Below, one piece after another: positions 39,188 through 49,143 of a stretch of DNA of 64,000 bases. The position numbers and the translations under genes were made by a program. Numbering within the stretch: the first letter of the stretch is position 1; each line of letters starts with the position of its first letter. The notes under the pieces were generated by a model that worked only from the letters and a program-made list of their open reading frames with translations, did no database searches and was not told the DNA's origin. The stretch is taken from contig OZ242351.1 in assembly GCA_965208675.1 (NCBI GenBank), positions 32,001 through 96,000 of the forward strand, read 5' to 3'. This DNA comes from Candidatus Poribacteria bacterium (GTDB taxonomy: Bacteria; Poribacteria; WGA-4E; PCPOR2b).

Positions 39188-40708
39188 CTACGCCTTACAC
39201 AAGCCCAGATTCTCACGTAACGCTTCAACTGTTTGAGACTTGTTTAGAATACGGTTATATTTTTCTGAAATTTCTGGACTGGCAAGTTGGTTCATGTTCA
39301 CCGTAAACGGTTGCCCTTTGGAGTTGAATGTGATACTGTCCCATTGCACAGATTTGACTTGAGAACGAAATTTATGCAGCGATTTACCTCTAAAATATGC
39401 GCGAGTGTCCGCCGGCGGATTCTGAATTGCTTCTTCAATCTGTTGATCGGTAACGACGCGCTGCATTAATCCTTGGGCTTCCAATCCATAATATAACCCT
39501 GCGTCGCAATCAATGTTGTGATACTCCAGGTCAAGGCTCTGTAACCACGTATCGTCCCAACCAAGATTCTCTTCATCAATAAAGGTATCTAGCAGCCACT
39601 TTTTGGCGACCCAGTCGAGCTGGCTTCTCAGCTTCATCGGTTCTTTATCAAGCGAATTTAGAACGGATTCCCATTCGACTAGTACCCAATCCGTTTCATC
39701 GTTTTTTGCATTAAGATGTTTTTGGGCTAATGCGAGATATTCCCGCTGAAGATTTACCGCCGAAATTGTCTTACCGTTATTCAACTTCAACATCCATTCA
39801 TAAGTCTGATCGCGGGAAATTTCTTTAATTGTGTGAGTCGGCCGGTGGACTCTAAAATCGTCTGGGATTCGATTCTCCTCAATTAAATCTATGACTAGCG
39901 TCGTCGTGCCAACCTTTAGCGCCGTAGCATACTCTGACATATTCGCATCACCGACAATGCCGTGCAAGCGGCGAAATTTTGTGGGATCAGCATGTGGTTC
40001 GTCCCGCGTATTCACAATTGGGCGGTTGTGCATCGTATCAACGCTCGCTTCAACATGAAAAAAATCTGAGCGCTGCGCGAGTTGAAATAACCCCGCTGAA
40101 TTCAGGCCCGACTCAGTTTCGATGCCTACCTTCCCGGCGCCTGCAAAAATTTGCCGCGTAATCAAAAACGGCATGATACTCTCTTTGAGATATTCAAAAG
40201 GGATGTCACGCCGCATTAGGTAATTGTCATGACAGCCGTAACTGTGTCCGTGAAAATCCGTGTTGTTTTTATATAGGATTACCCGCTTGCCTAATTCTTG
40301 ACTCCGTCTCGCCGCGCATCGTTGAAGTATCCGCTCGCCGCCCTTATCATGGGCTACTAGCTGAAAAAGACTGCGGCATTCAGCCGTAGAGTATTCAGGA
40401 TGTGCATGGTCGTTGTATAGACGAGCACCGTTGTTTAGAATTAAATCGCTTTTGATTTCAAGTGCAGACAGATTGCGATGCCGGTCTGCTGCCTGGTGAG
40501 TCCGCTCATCTGGGTGTTCCTCCAATGTCTTTGCCCGGAAGCCGCGCACATCTTGTAACGGGTCCTCGCCGCTGTAATCCCACATCGGATAAAAATCGCC
40601 GTGTCTATAACTCTTGATTAATTCGATGGATTGTTGGACTGGATCGATGTTCTCCTCGCCTTCAATTGTAATGCCGTATTCCGTTTCGATTCCCAAGAGT
40701 CTTTGCAT
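39188..40708 (-). CDS. dop: Dop-family deamidase/deconjugase
   Basis: RLLGIETEYG, NGARLYNDHAHPEYSTAEC, YGCHDNY, NTRDEPHAD; start trimmed to ATG 40708. Confidence 0.88.
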   Translation of the reverse strand: MQRLLGIETEYGITIEGEENIDPVQQSIELIKSYRHGDFYPMWDYSGEDPLQDVRGFRAKTLEEHPDERTHQAADRHRNLSALEIKSDLILNNGARLYNDHAHPEYSTAECRSLFQLVAHDKGGERILQRCAARRSQELGKRVILYKNNTDFHGHSYGCHDNYLMRRDIPFEYLKESIMPFLITRQIFAGAGKVGIETESGLNSAGLFQLAQRSDFFHVEASVDTMHNRPIVNTRDEPHADPTKFRRLHGIVGDANMSEYATALKVGTTTLVIDLIEENRIPDDFRVHRPTHTIKEISRDQTYEWMLKLNNGKTISAVNLQREYLALAQKHLNAKNDETDWVLVEWESVLNSLDKEPMKLRSQLDWVAKKWLLDTFIDEENLGWDDTWLQSLDLEYHNIDCDAGLYYGLEAQGLMQRVVTDQQIEEAIQNPPADTRAYFRGKSLHKFRSQVKSVQWDSITFNSKGQPFTVNMNQLASPEISEKYNRILNKSQTVEALRENLGLCKA

Positions 40709-40732
40709 AATTATTAGAATGCGTCGTGCTGA

Positions 40733-40876
40733 GTCCTCCACCTTACGAAGGGGGAGTTGGAGGGGGTGAAAACACAGTTGCAGCAATTCCACCGGGATGC
40801 CCAATCGTAGGGGTTGGGTCTCCCTATCCACTATTCCGAGTTTCCTTCCCCTAGCGAAGGGGACGTTAGCGGGGGC
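40733..40876. repeat. REP-like repeat cluster between arc and dop
   Basis: Two degenerate CC(C/T)T..CGAAGGGG..GTT.G.GGGGG units plus GTAGGGGTTGGGTCTCCC at 40807. Confidence 0.5.
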
Positions 40877-40910
40877 ATAATCACGTTTACGGACAGATTC
40901 GCACCGATTT

Positions 40911-42701
40911 CTAGATTACCTGAGTCACGGCAGTTTTTCTGCGGGTTGATTTGTCAGGGCGAAATGGGGTTACCTTGACAACATTCTCAGGATCATAATC
41001 GAGCAGTTTCAGCCAATCTTCCACACTATCTGTCGCCGGGAAAATTTCATTTTCGCGGTATTCTGCCGCAACTGCATCTAGAAGATCGCCTGCACGAATG
41101 CCGATTCCATCCTCGCCAGGGGCATCACTTTCTTTAATATGTTCGCTGCGTTCAATTGCCCTTTTGATTGCGGATTCTTTGGCACGTTGAATAATGGAAG
41201 CAATAATCGCACCATTACAAAGATCGCCCCGATACAACGTATCACGACGACCGCTTTGCAAAACAACCTCTAAGAACTTGTTACCTTCTGTGCGCTGAAA
41301 CAGTTCGCTGCAGACCAAATCAATGAGGTGCGAAACAGCGTCTTCTGAATTGCCGTTGTGATTTTCTAGCATTTCAGGATTGATAGGCAAATCTGATGTG
41401 AGATAAATGCGGGCGATTTCCGCCGCCCCTTCTTTATCCGGCCGCCTGACCTTTATCTTTCGGTCAATGCGTCCAGGACGCAAAATCGCAGGATCGATGA
41501 GATCCGGGCGGTTCGTTGCGAGAATTATCACGACGTCTTTCAGCGACTCGAGACCGTCCATTTCGGCACAAAACATCGGTACAACCGTGTTTGAAATGTT
41601 ATGGGAGCGGAAGGATCGGCGTGTTCCTAGGATAGACTCTGCTTCGTCAATAAAAACAAACGGTAGGAAACCCTCGTGTCGCTTTTCACGCGCAATCTGG
41701 AAGATTTCACGCACCTTGCGTTCCGATTCACCAAGCCACATGTTTAAAATTTCCGGCCCCTTGATGTGGAGGAAACACCCTGTGACGTCAGTTCCGGTCT
41801 CCTTTCTCATGCGCTGGGTCAGATTGTAGGCAGTGGCTTTGCCAATGAGTGTCTTGCCGCAACCGGGAGGACCATACAACAGAAAGCCCTTGGGAGGCGC
41901 ATATTGAAAGCGATTAAAGAGATCAGGGTAGAGAATCGGAAGCTCAATGGTATCTTTAATCAGTTGAATGGTATCATTCAATCCTCCAATTTTTGTCCAA
42001 GGCACCTGTGGCACGTCTTCGAGGAAGTAATCTTTCACTTCTTTAACTTCTAGTCGTTCAAGCGCAACTCTAAAGTTTGAATCAATACGAATTTCTTCGT
42101 TCGCTTTGAGTTTTGCGTTGGCGAGATCGGTCGACCGGTTTAATACAACCGCCTGCAATCCATGTTCCTGCCCAACCCGCAGTCGACCGTCAGGCATCAC
42201 ATCAACAATCTTACCAGTTGGTCCGGACTGGTTGTAACCTAGCTCGCCAACTACGACATACGCCTCGTTAAGCAGTACACTGAAACCGATTTTCAGAGAC
42301 GAGGGATCCATTTGTGGATGAAGGTTTGCAAAATACTCTGAACCGCCTACAATCACATGGGCAACATCTTTTTTCGGCAAACCTAGCAGTGTCCCAATTC
42401 GATTTGCGGGGGCCGTGAGTTTTTCAACGACCTGCTGCATTTCGACAATTGTCTGTCTCGCCTCTTGAAACGTCATTTCATCTTCTAAGATGGCACGCCG
42501 CAGTTCATACAGAAGCGGGCGAATGCCGTCGTCTTCGGGGGTTGCGAAGATGAGTTGGTCGACTAACATCAGAGAGCGAGGTAATCCTGCAGTATCCTCA
42601 TCGTCTTCCCCTATCTCTTCTTCAAAGTCCTCATTGTCGAATAATCGTATGCGCTCCTCGGATTTTTTCTCATGCCGGTTAACATCTTTTTTGTTTTGCA
42701 T
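40911..42701 (-). CDS. arc: Proteasome AAA+ ATPase (ARC/Mpa)
   Basis: N-terminal coiled coil + OB region, GPPGCGKT, KGPEILNMWLGESE, FIDEAE, ATNRPDLIDPAILRPGRID. Confidence 0.92.
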   Translation of the reverse strand: MQNKKDVNRHEKKSEERIRLFDNEDFEEEIGEDDEDTAGLPRSLMLVDQLIFATPEDDGIRPLLYELRRAILEDEMTFQEARQTIVEMQQVVEKLTAPANRIGTLLGLPKKDVAHVIVGGSEYFANLHPQMDPSSLKIGFSVLLNEAYVVVGELGYNQSGPTGKIVDVMPDGRLRVGQEHGLQAVVLNRSTDLANAKLKANEEIRIDSNFRVALERLEVKEVKDYFLEDVPQVPWTKIGGLNDTIQLIKDTIELPILYPDLFNRFQYAPPKGFLLYGPPGCGKTLIGKATAYNLTQRMRKETGTDVTGCFLHIKGPEILNMWLGESERKVREIFQIAREKRHEGFLPFVFIDEAESILGTRRSFRSHNISNTVVPMFCAEMDGLESLKDVVIILATNRPDLIDPAILRPGRIDRKIKVRRPDKEGAAEIARIYLTSDLPINPEMLENHNGNSEDAVSHLIDLVCSELFQRTEGNKFLEVVLQSGRRDTLYRGDLCNGAIIASIIQRAKESAIKRAIERSEHIKESDAPGEDGIGIRAGDLLDAVAAEYRENEIFPATDSVEDWLKLLDYDPENVVKVTPFRPDKSTRRKTAVTQVI

Positions 42702-43204
42702 CAGACTTCTCCTTGGAACAAAATGATGGCTGATTAAATAGTTGCACTCAATACGTAAGTTCTAATTGCAATGTAACAAGTTGGCGCTGAACTCCATCCC
42801 GGAAAGACCGTTAATGGTTAACGCGAAATGCAAAATTTCAAGTCAATCTCAATGCTGCCAAGGATATTCGTTAAGTTACGAGTGGACTCTTGAAAATAGC
42901 TGGTTTGAATCAAACCGGCCGAACAACTTTCTTTGTCTAGGTTGGGGACTCAGCGGTTCTCCGAACACGTGCTGGTTAGGTATCCTAGGGAGACAAAATT
43001 GCAATTCTGATTCGTGAAAACGTACGACTTTTTGTCATGTGAGGACATACGTATTCTATCACAACCCCAAAAAAACATCAACTCAAAATCGAAATTTGGG
43101 AATGTGCTTATTCTTTAAAACCTGTACGAAAATACATCTTTTTTCAGCACTAGTTGTTTTAAACCAAACCCCCAGCGGGGCGACAGGTATTTACAACTCA
43201 AACG

Positions 43205-43415
43205 CCCAAGAATGGCTTGGTCAACTAATATTCAAACAGGTACTGAATCCACTGAATGTGAGACGCTCGAACAGACAGCCGAAAATTTCGGTTTGCCCCC
43301 TGAAGCGGTCGTGGAAGCAATGCGCTATTATACGCTGCACAGTGACATCGTCGAAGCGGACGTGGAAGCGGAAAAGCGTATTTTCCAGAAGGAATTCGGT
43401 GCCACGGTGGAGTAG
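43205..43415 (+). pseudogene. Truncated DUF433-like antitoxin fragment
   Basis: TLEQTAENFGLPPEAVVEAMRYY helix-turn-helix; 5' end appears disrupted next to a CCCCAGCGGGGCG repeat at 43170. Confidence 0.45.
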
Positions 43416-43460
43416 ATCGGACTGTTGCTGACTACTTTATGGCGACCTTGTTCTGTCTTC

Positions 43461-44132
43461 TCAAACCGGCAAAATGCAATTTGGTGTATCGTTGCTCGGT
43501 TTATTCACCAGACGAGACACCGCGTAGGCAGTCATCTCATCAGCGGGATACGGCTGGAGTAGGTGATTCAGCTCGGCGGGTGCTTGGTCGGTCGGATTTA
43601 ACCATAGGTCATACGCATCATTATCCAGGATGACCGGCATTCGATGATGTATCTGCTCCAGCATCTCGTTCGGCGGGCACGTAATGATTGTGCATGACAA
43701 GACGGCGTCTGACTCCTGTGTTGGTTTCCACTGCTCCCACAGCCCGGCGAAGGCGAAAGGCTGCTCCGATGCCATGCGGATGTAATACGGTGTTTTAGCG
43801 CCGCCGCCCGGATCTTTACACCACTCGTAATATCCGTCTGCCAGGATGAGGCATCGCCGACGCTTGTATGCGGTTCGGAAGGAAGGTTTCTCCGCCAACG
43901 TCTCTGATCGTGCGTTTATCATTCGATTGCCGATTGCCGGGTCTTTTGCCCACGACGGAATCAACCCCCACCGGAAGAATTCTATTTTGGCGTGCTTGTT
44001 GTTCGCAACAACAGCGACGTCTTGGGTAGGTGTAATATTGTAGCGTGGGTTGGGTTGGTCGGCAAGTTCCAACCCAGGGAAAGTTTCTGTCAATGTGGTG
44101 GTAGTAGCTGTAAGTGTGAATCGCCCGCACAT
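43461..44132 (-). CDS. SRAP abasic-site processing protein (YedK/HMCES family)
   Basis: MCGRF N-terminus, RYNITPTQ, WGLIP, INARSET, GYYEW, HHRMPVIL. Confidence 0.95.
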   Translation of the reverse strand: MCGRFTLTATTTTLTETFPGLELADQPNPRYNITPTQDVAVVANNKHAKIEFFRWGLIPSWAKDPAIGNRMINARSETLAEKPSFRTAYKRRRCLILADGYYEWCKDPGGGAKTPYYIRMASEQPFAFAGLWEQWKPTQESDAVLSCTIITCPPNEMLEQIHHRMPVILDNDAYDLWLNPTDQAPAELNHLLQPYPADEMTAYAVSRLVNKPSNDTPNCILPV

Positions 44133-44280
44133 TTCTTACCTCTGTAATGCCATCGGAAATTTAGGCCAGTGTCTTGACCAAGATTTGTATAGTGTTTTGT
44201 ATTTGCTAATTATGTAGTTAATAATGTATACTGAAACGCATAAATACAAAAATGTTTAAGGTAGATAAGGAGGTACTACA

Positions 44281-44496
44281 ATGAATTGGAATGTAACGCT
44301 GCAAGTAGCTATACTGGTAATTGCTTACATTGGAGGCGTTGCTTCTATTGGATACTATATTACTAATTCACTAGGTAAGCGTATTGAGGATTTACGTTCT
44401 CAAATGACCAGAGAGCATGACTCCCTATCAGGCAAGGTTGATAGGATTCATGATTTGCTTATTGACCATGTTAAGGATCGCAATCTGCACAATTGA
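44281..44496 (+). CDS. Small membrane-anchored coiled-coil protein
   Basis: AAGGAGG RBS, AT-rich upstream region, TM helix then KRIEDLRSQM..LSGKVDRIHDLL. Confidence 0.7.
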   Translation: MNWNVTLQVAILVIAYIGGVASIGYYITNSLGKRIEDLRSQMTREHDSLSGKVDRIHDLLIDHVKDRNLHN

Positions 44497-44582
44497 TGGA
44501 TTCATGTTTATCGCCCTTCTGCATTTACTGCGCCTACGCTTTGTGCTTGTGCCGGTATTCTATTATATTTTACCGTTTGGTT

Positions 44583-47500
44583 TCAAGTCCAATTGTTCTG
44601 GCGCCCACTATTCCCGCTTCTGCCTGAATCCGCTGCTGAACCTTTGTTGAAAGACATTTCTGTAAAATACTGTGCTTGGATGTTAATCAACTCGCCCTCA
44701 CGCTGCAAGATGCCGCAAACGCACACAAACGGCGAAAGCTTGAAAATCGATCGGTAGCGGTTATAAACATCGCGCGAAATAATCACATTGAGCAGGCTTT
44801 CCTCGTCCTCAATTAGCATGAAGGCGACTCCCTTCGCCGTGGCAGGTTTTTGTATACACACGACTAGCCCCGCTACGCAGGTTCTTACGCCGTTTCGAAG
44901 GTTTTTCAGCGTGTCGCCGCGCCGGACACTCTTATTGAGCGTATTCCGAATGTACTGCATCGGATGCGTGTGCGTCGAAAACCCCTGAACGCGGCACTCC
45001 CACGCCAACTGAGACCATAAGTCAATTCTTGGCAGCGGCGGCGCGGTGATGTCCGGATGGATGAGCAAATTCTTATCTCGCCACCGGTCAAGTATCCACA
45101 GTTGCCACGACAGTTCCCTGCGCGGCAAACCAAAATCATCGAACGCGCCGGCGCCAATCAGATTTTCGATATTAGATGAACTGAGTTGTGTCCGTAGGAC
45201 GAAATCCTGCAGCGACTTGAACCGCCCGCGCTCACGGGCATTCACAATTGACTCGGCTTTCGCCGCACTGATACCTTTCACACAGACTAAACTTAATCGA
45301 ATAGCTTGCGGTTCTGTATTTTCGAGAAAACAACGGCCCCCGCTGCGATTAACGTTCACGCTTAAGATTTTTACCCCGCTGCGTTGGGCGTCGGCTATCA
45401 AGATTCGCACCGGATAGAACCCAAGCGGCTGATTGTTAATGAGCGCTGCAGTATAAGCGGCTGGATAGTAGCGCTTAAGCCATGCCGACTGGTAAGCGAG
45501 CTGGGCGAATACCAGAGCGTGCGATTTACAAAATCCGTAGCCTGCAAATCCTTTAATACAGTCGAAAATCTGGAGCGCATCGCTGCGCGAAACCCCGTTT
45601 CTGACCGCGCTGTCCACGAAGTCGCCTTCCATCTTGTCAACAACTTTCTTAAAGCGGTTTTTATCCAAATCGCGCCTCAAATTTTCAGCCGCGCCAGCGG
45701 TGTAACCGGCAATGGCGCAAGCGATTTGGATGATCTGTTCTTGAAAGAGCACCACCCCTAGCGTCTCTTCAAGAATCGGCTCAAGCAGGCGGTGCTGATA
45801 CTGAATTCTCTCACGCCCCTGTCTTCGCCGAATGTAGGGGTTCACGGCGCGTCCTTGTACCGGCCCCGGCCTTATTATCGCCACTTCAATCGCTAGGTCT
45901 AACAAACTGTGCGGTTTGACGCGCGGTAACGTCTGCATTTGGACGCGGGATTCGATCTGGAACAACCCAATCGTGTCGGCGCGGGCAATCATATCGTATA
46001 CGCCGGCATCGTCAGTATTAATGTCCGCTAGGTCAATTTTAAGCCCGTAAGCCTCGGCAATCAAAATAAGGCATTCTCTAATGACGGCGAGGATGCCCAA
46101 GCCTAATAAGTCCACTTTGATCAGACCCGCGGTTTCAACATAATCTTTGTCCCATTGGCAGATTCGTTGCCCTTGTGTCGTTGAATACTGCAGCGGTACT
46201 AACTTCGTAAGTTCGCACGAAGTGATTATCATCCCGCCCGGATGGGTTGAAACGTGGCGGGGCGTTCCGATTACCGCCTGAACCTGATCGCGGAAATGCC
46301 GCCACTTTGCTTGTTTGGTATAACAATCAAACTGCTTGAATGTCTCAATCTTGCTAAACGCAGGTTCTGGATCTTTTCGTCCTTCCGTGAAGCGTGACAT
46401 CGTTTCCAACAGAGATTGCGGGTAGCCAAAAACCTTGCCAATCTCGCGGATAGCCATCTTGACGCCGAAGGTGATGAACGTGCAGGTCAATCCTACACAA
46501 TCAACGCCGTATTTACGCTGAACGTAGTTCAGGACATCATCTCGATCGGGCAGCCGAACATCGCGGGCAGAGGCGAAATCGAGGTCAATGTCCGGAATTG
46601 TAGATCGCTCTTCGTTGAGAAAACGGGCAAATACCAAATTATACGCAATCGGATCCACTGTCGTGATATCAAGAAGATAGGTCACAAGCGAATTCGCCGC
46701 CGAACCGCGGCCCTGTGTCGGGATGCCTTTAGATTGGGCGAATTGCACGATATCCCACACCATTAAGAAATATCCGGCAAGACCTAGACGCCCGATAAGC
46801 GTAAGTTCCTCGCGCAGTCTAGCTCTAATCCGGTCTGTTATTGAGGCATACTTTTTGGAGAGCGATGCCTCACATAGCATGGTCAAATATGTGCTTTCCG
46901 TATAGCCCGCAGGCACGGCATAGTTCGGGAACCGATATTTAGAAAAATCGAACTCAACATTGCATTGCTCGCTGATTAGCCGCGTATTTTTCAACGCCGA
47001 CGGCATTTCTCTGAATAGCGCCGCCATTTCCTGAGGCGGCTTGAGATAGCGTTGATGGTTTGTGGACCGTATGCCGTCCGATTCGTCTAGGGGCACTTTA
47101 TGGACGATGCACCGCATCACATCGTGCAATCGCGCCTTATCCTCAGTCGCATAATGCACCGCATTGCTAGCGGCGCACGGCAGGCATAACTCGTGCGCTA
47201 GTTGACACAGTGCCTTGCAGAGACCGGTATCGCCGGGTTCGAGATGGTTGTTGAGCTCGATATAGAGATGGTCATCGGGAAAGATTTGGCGGTACGCATC
47301 TAAACGCGCCCGCGCTAATTCAATCTGATTCTGCTGCAAGAGCGCGGCGGCGTGGCTCTGTTTTCCAATCAGGCAAATGAGATTACGTGAGCATTCGCTG
47401 AGTTGCTCTGCTGTTACTTGCGGATCGGATGCTGAGTTGGCGTGAGCCTGAGTGATCAGCCGCGAAAGTTGATGATAACCCGTAATGTCTTGGCACAATA

Positions 47501-47738
47501 AAACGACTTTATCAATTTTATCGTCTAAGGCTACGGAAATGACAGAACCGACAATGCTGTGAAGCCCAATCTCTTCGCACCGGTTAATAAACGGAATCAC
47601 GCCGTACAAGCCGGCTGTGTCCGTTAACGCCAACCCCTTCAATCCCAGTTTCTGCGCCCGCTCGGCAAGTACACCCGGGCTGGAAGTGCCATCCAAAAAA
47701 CTGTAATAGCTATGACAGTGAAGTTCGGCGTAATCCAT
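44583..47738 (-). CDS. dnaE2: Error-prone DNA polymerase III alpha (DnaE2/ImuC)
   Basis: YAELHCHSYYSFLDG PHP, GRGSAANS, PDIDLDF, HPGG, FQIESR, YGFCKSHA, C-terminal OB fold; imuB/SRAP context. Confidence 0.9.
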   Translation of the reverse strand: MDYAELHCHSYYSFLDGTSSPGVLAERAQKLGLKGLALTDTAGLYGVIPFINRCEEIGLHSIVGSVISVALDDKIDKVVLLCQDITGYHQLSRLITQAHANSASDPQVTAEQLSECSRNLICLIGKQSHAAALLQQNQIELARARLDAYRQIFPDDHLYIELNNHLEPGDTGLCKALCQLAHELCLPCAASNAVHYATEDKARLHDVMRCIVHKVPLDESDGIRSTNHQRYLKPPQEMAALFREMPSALKNTRLISEQCNVEFDFSKYRFPNYAVPAGYTESTYLTMLCEASLSKKYASITDRIRARLREELTLIGRLGLAGYFLMVWDIVQFAQSKGIPTQGRGSAANSLVTYLLDITTVDPIAYNLVFARFLNEERSTIPDIDLDFASARDVRLPDRDDVLNYVQRKYGVDCVGLTCTFITFGVKMAIREIGKVFGYPQSLLETMSRFTEGRKDPEPAFSKIETFKQFDCYTKQAKWRHFRDQVQAVIGTPRHVSTHPGGMIITSCELTKLVPLQYSTTQGQRICQWDKDYVETAGLIKVDLLGLGILAVIRECLILIAEAYGLKIDLADINTDDAGVYDMIARADTIGLFQIESRVQMQTLPRVKPHSLLDLAIEVAIIRPGPVQGRAVNPYIRRRQGRERIQYQHRLLEPILEETLGVVLFQEQIIQIACAIAGYTAGAAENLRRDLDKNRFKKVVDKMEGDFVDSAVRNGVSRSDALQIFDCIKGFAGYGFCKSHALVFAQLAYQSAWLKRYYPAAYTAALINNQPLGFYPVRILIADAQRSGVKILSVNVNRSGGRCFLENTEPQAIRLSLVCVKGISAAKAESIVNARERGRFKSLQDFVLRTQLSSSNIENLIGAGAFDDFGLPRRELSWQLWILDRWRDKNLLIHPDITAPPLPRIDLWSQLAWECRVQGFSTHTHPMQYIRNTLNKSVRRGDTLKNLRNGVRTCVAGLVVCIQKPATAKGVAFMLIEDEESLLNVIISRDVYNRYRSIFKLSPFVCVCGILQREGELINIQAQYFTEMSFNKGSAADSGRSGNSGRQNNWT

Positions 47739-47773
47739 TATAGTCTATGCCATACATATTTACACATGTTTCG

Positions 47774-47797
47774 GTAAGTGCGGTTTCCAACCGCACC
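47774..47797. repeat. Palindromic REP-like unit GTGCGGTTTCCAACCGCAC
   Basis: Palindrome; related copies at 32565-32588 (reverse) and 51956-51979 (degenerate). Confidence 0.65.
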
Positions 47798-47836
47798 TAT
47801 GGACTGGACAAATACCGGTTCGGTTAGGAAACTGAA

Positions 47837-48637
47837 CTATCGGCATAGCTTCCAATCGTCACGGACAAGATCGTGGCAAACTGTTAACTCGCGTCCGGAA
47901 GTATACAATTTGAAGTAAATCAACTCTTGCGGTTTTTCTGTCCACCAAGCATCCTCTAGCTTCCAGACATCTATGATGCTGTCAAAATATAGCCACTTGT
48001 CATCGTATCGCATGCGCTCGGGAAAGTCGATGCACCCAATTTTTTTTGACGTTACCGAAATTCGCTCTGAATAGCCGCTGAGTTCCTTGCCCCAGATGGT
48101 TAAGTGTTGTGCAGTGGTGTCAGCCGTTATTGGCGGTCGATAGAACGTGAGCGGGGATGGGTCAACGCCTTTGCCCAACTCTGACATCGCAGCCCCTTGC
48201 TTTCCAAATTGCCGGATTAGATCCGCCTTTTTGATGTTAGCCAACTGTCCGAGCATGCAGAGCCCTAATCTGTCCAGACGCCTATGCAGCTCGGCATCGA
48301 GCGGCAGAAGCGAAACGCTCTGATTTGCCATAAACGCCGGCGTCTCCTCTGATGATACGACGCACGGCGCATCCGGGGTTGCGTTTTGCGCTGCGGCAAG
48401 ACTGGCGAAACGGGACGATGCGACACCGACGCGGACATCGGGGCAAATCCCTTTCAACTCGCCTCGTAAATGTCTGATGAAATCGTCGGCTTCGTCCGTA
48501 ATTTCGGAAACCCCTAAATTTAAATAGATGCAGTTACTTTTGATTTCACACCTCAGACAGCCAGCCTCTTCCGTCAATATTTCTTGAATCTTTTTTAATT
48601 GAGTCTTAAGGTTCTCTACCAGCAAGCAAGCAATCAT
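47837..48637 (-). CDS. Compact ImuB-like inactive Y-family protein with DUF6504-like C-terminus
   Basis: VRVGVASSRFASLAAA, LDRLGLCMLGQLA..LIRQFG; C-terminal IIDVWKLEDAWW..YFKL. Confidence 0.7.
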   Translation of the reverse strand: MIACLLVENLKTQLKKIQEILTEEAGCLRCEIKSNCIYLNLGVSEITDEADDFIRHLRGELKGICPDVRVGVASSRFASLAAAQNATPDAPCVVSSEETPAFMANQSVSLLPLDAELHRRLDRLGLCMLGQLANIKKADLIRQFGKQGAAMSELGKGVDPSPLTFYRPPITADTTAQHLTIWGKELSGYSERISVTSKKIGCIDFPERMRYDDKWLYFDSIIDVWKLEDAWWTEKPQELIYFKLYTSGRELTVCHDLVRDDWKLCR

Positions 48638-48864
48638 AATTATATGAATTCCTAACCCAGCCTAAAATACTTAACTAAATAATACTATTTATGAGTTACC
48701 CAGTCAAGAAAAAAATCACCCCGAATAATCTTCTGTCGAATTCTCCCGAAAAGGCGGCAACGAATGCCGTGCCGCGGTGCGTTACGGCTGGCCAATGCGG
48801 GTTGGGGGATTGGAGGAAAGCTTCTGTAGGTTGGGTTGAGCAATCAAGTGAACGAACAGTCTTT

Positions 48865-48897
48865 GAAACCGAGTTTTTTTCTTCAAAACTCGGTTTC
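48865..48897. repeat. Palindromic repeat GAAACCGAGTTTT..AAAACTCGGTTTC
   Basis: Near-identical copy at 54247-54278 between the CARF gene and cas10. Confidence 0.8.
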
Positions 48898-49143
48898 TTA
48901 ATCGCAGCAAACCTGTACTTTAGCCCCAGCGGGGCGGCAGGTATATAGAAAACACAGTAACCCAATCCCCAAAGTTTTTGTAGGTTGGGTAGGGCGATCA
49001 ACTGAGCGGATAGGGAGCCCAATAGTCTTCCCATTAAAATCCTCCCCCTTGCCAAGGTGGGATCAACCGACCGAATAGGATCAACTGAGTGAATAGCGAA
49101 GGCGATAGTTTTCCTATAGTCTTCTCAAGTTATTGTAGTTCTT

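Noticed and set aside
40709-40831. N-terminal extension of Dop in the ORF track
   Set aside because: It translates REP-like repeats; family similarity begins at MQRLLGIETEYG.
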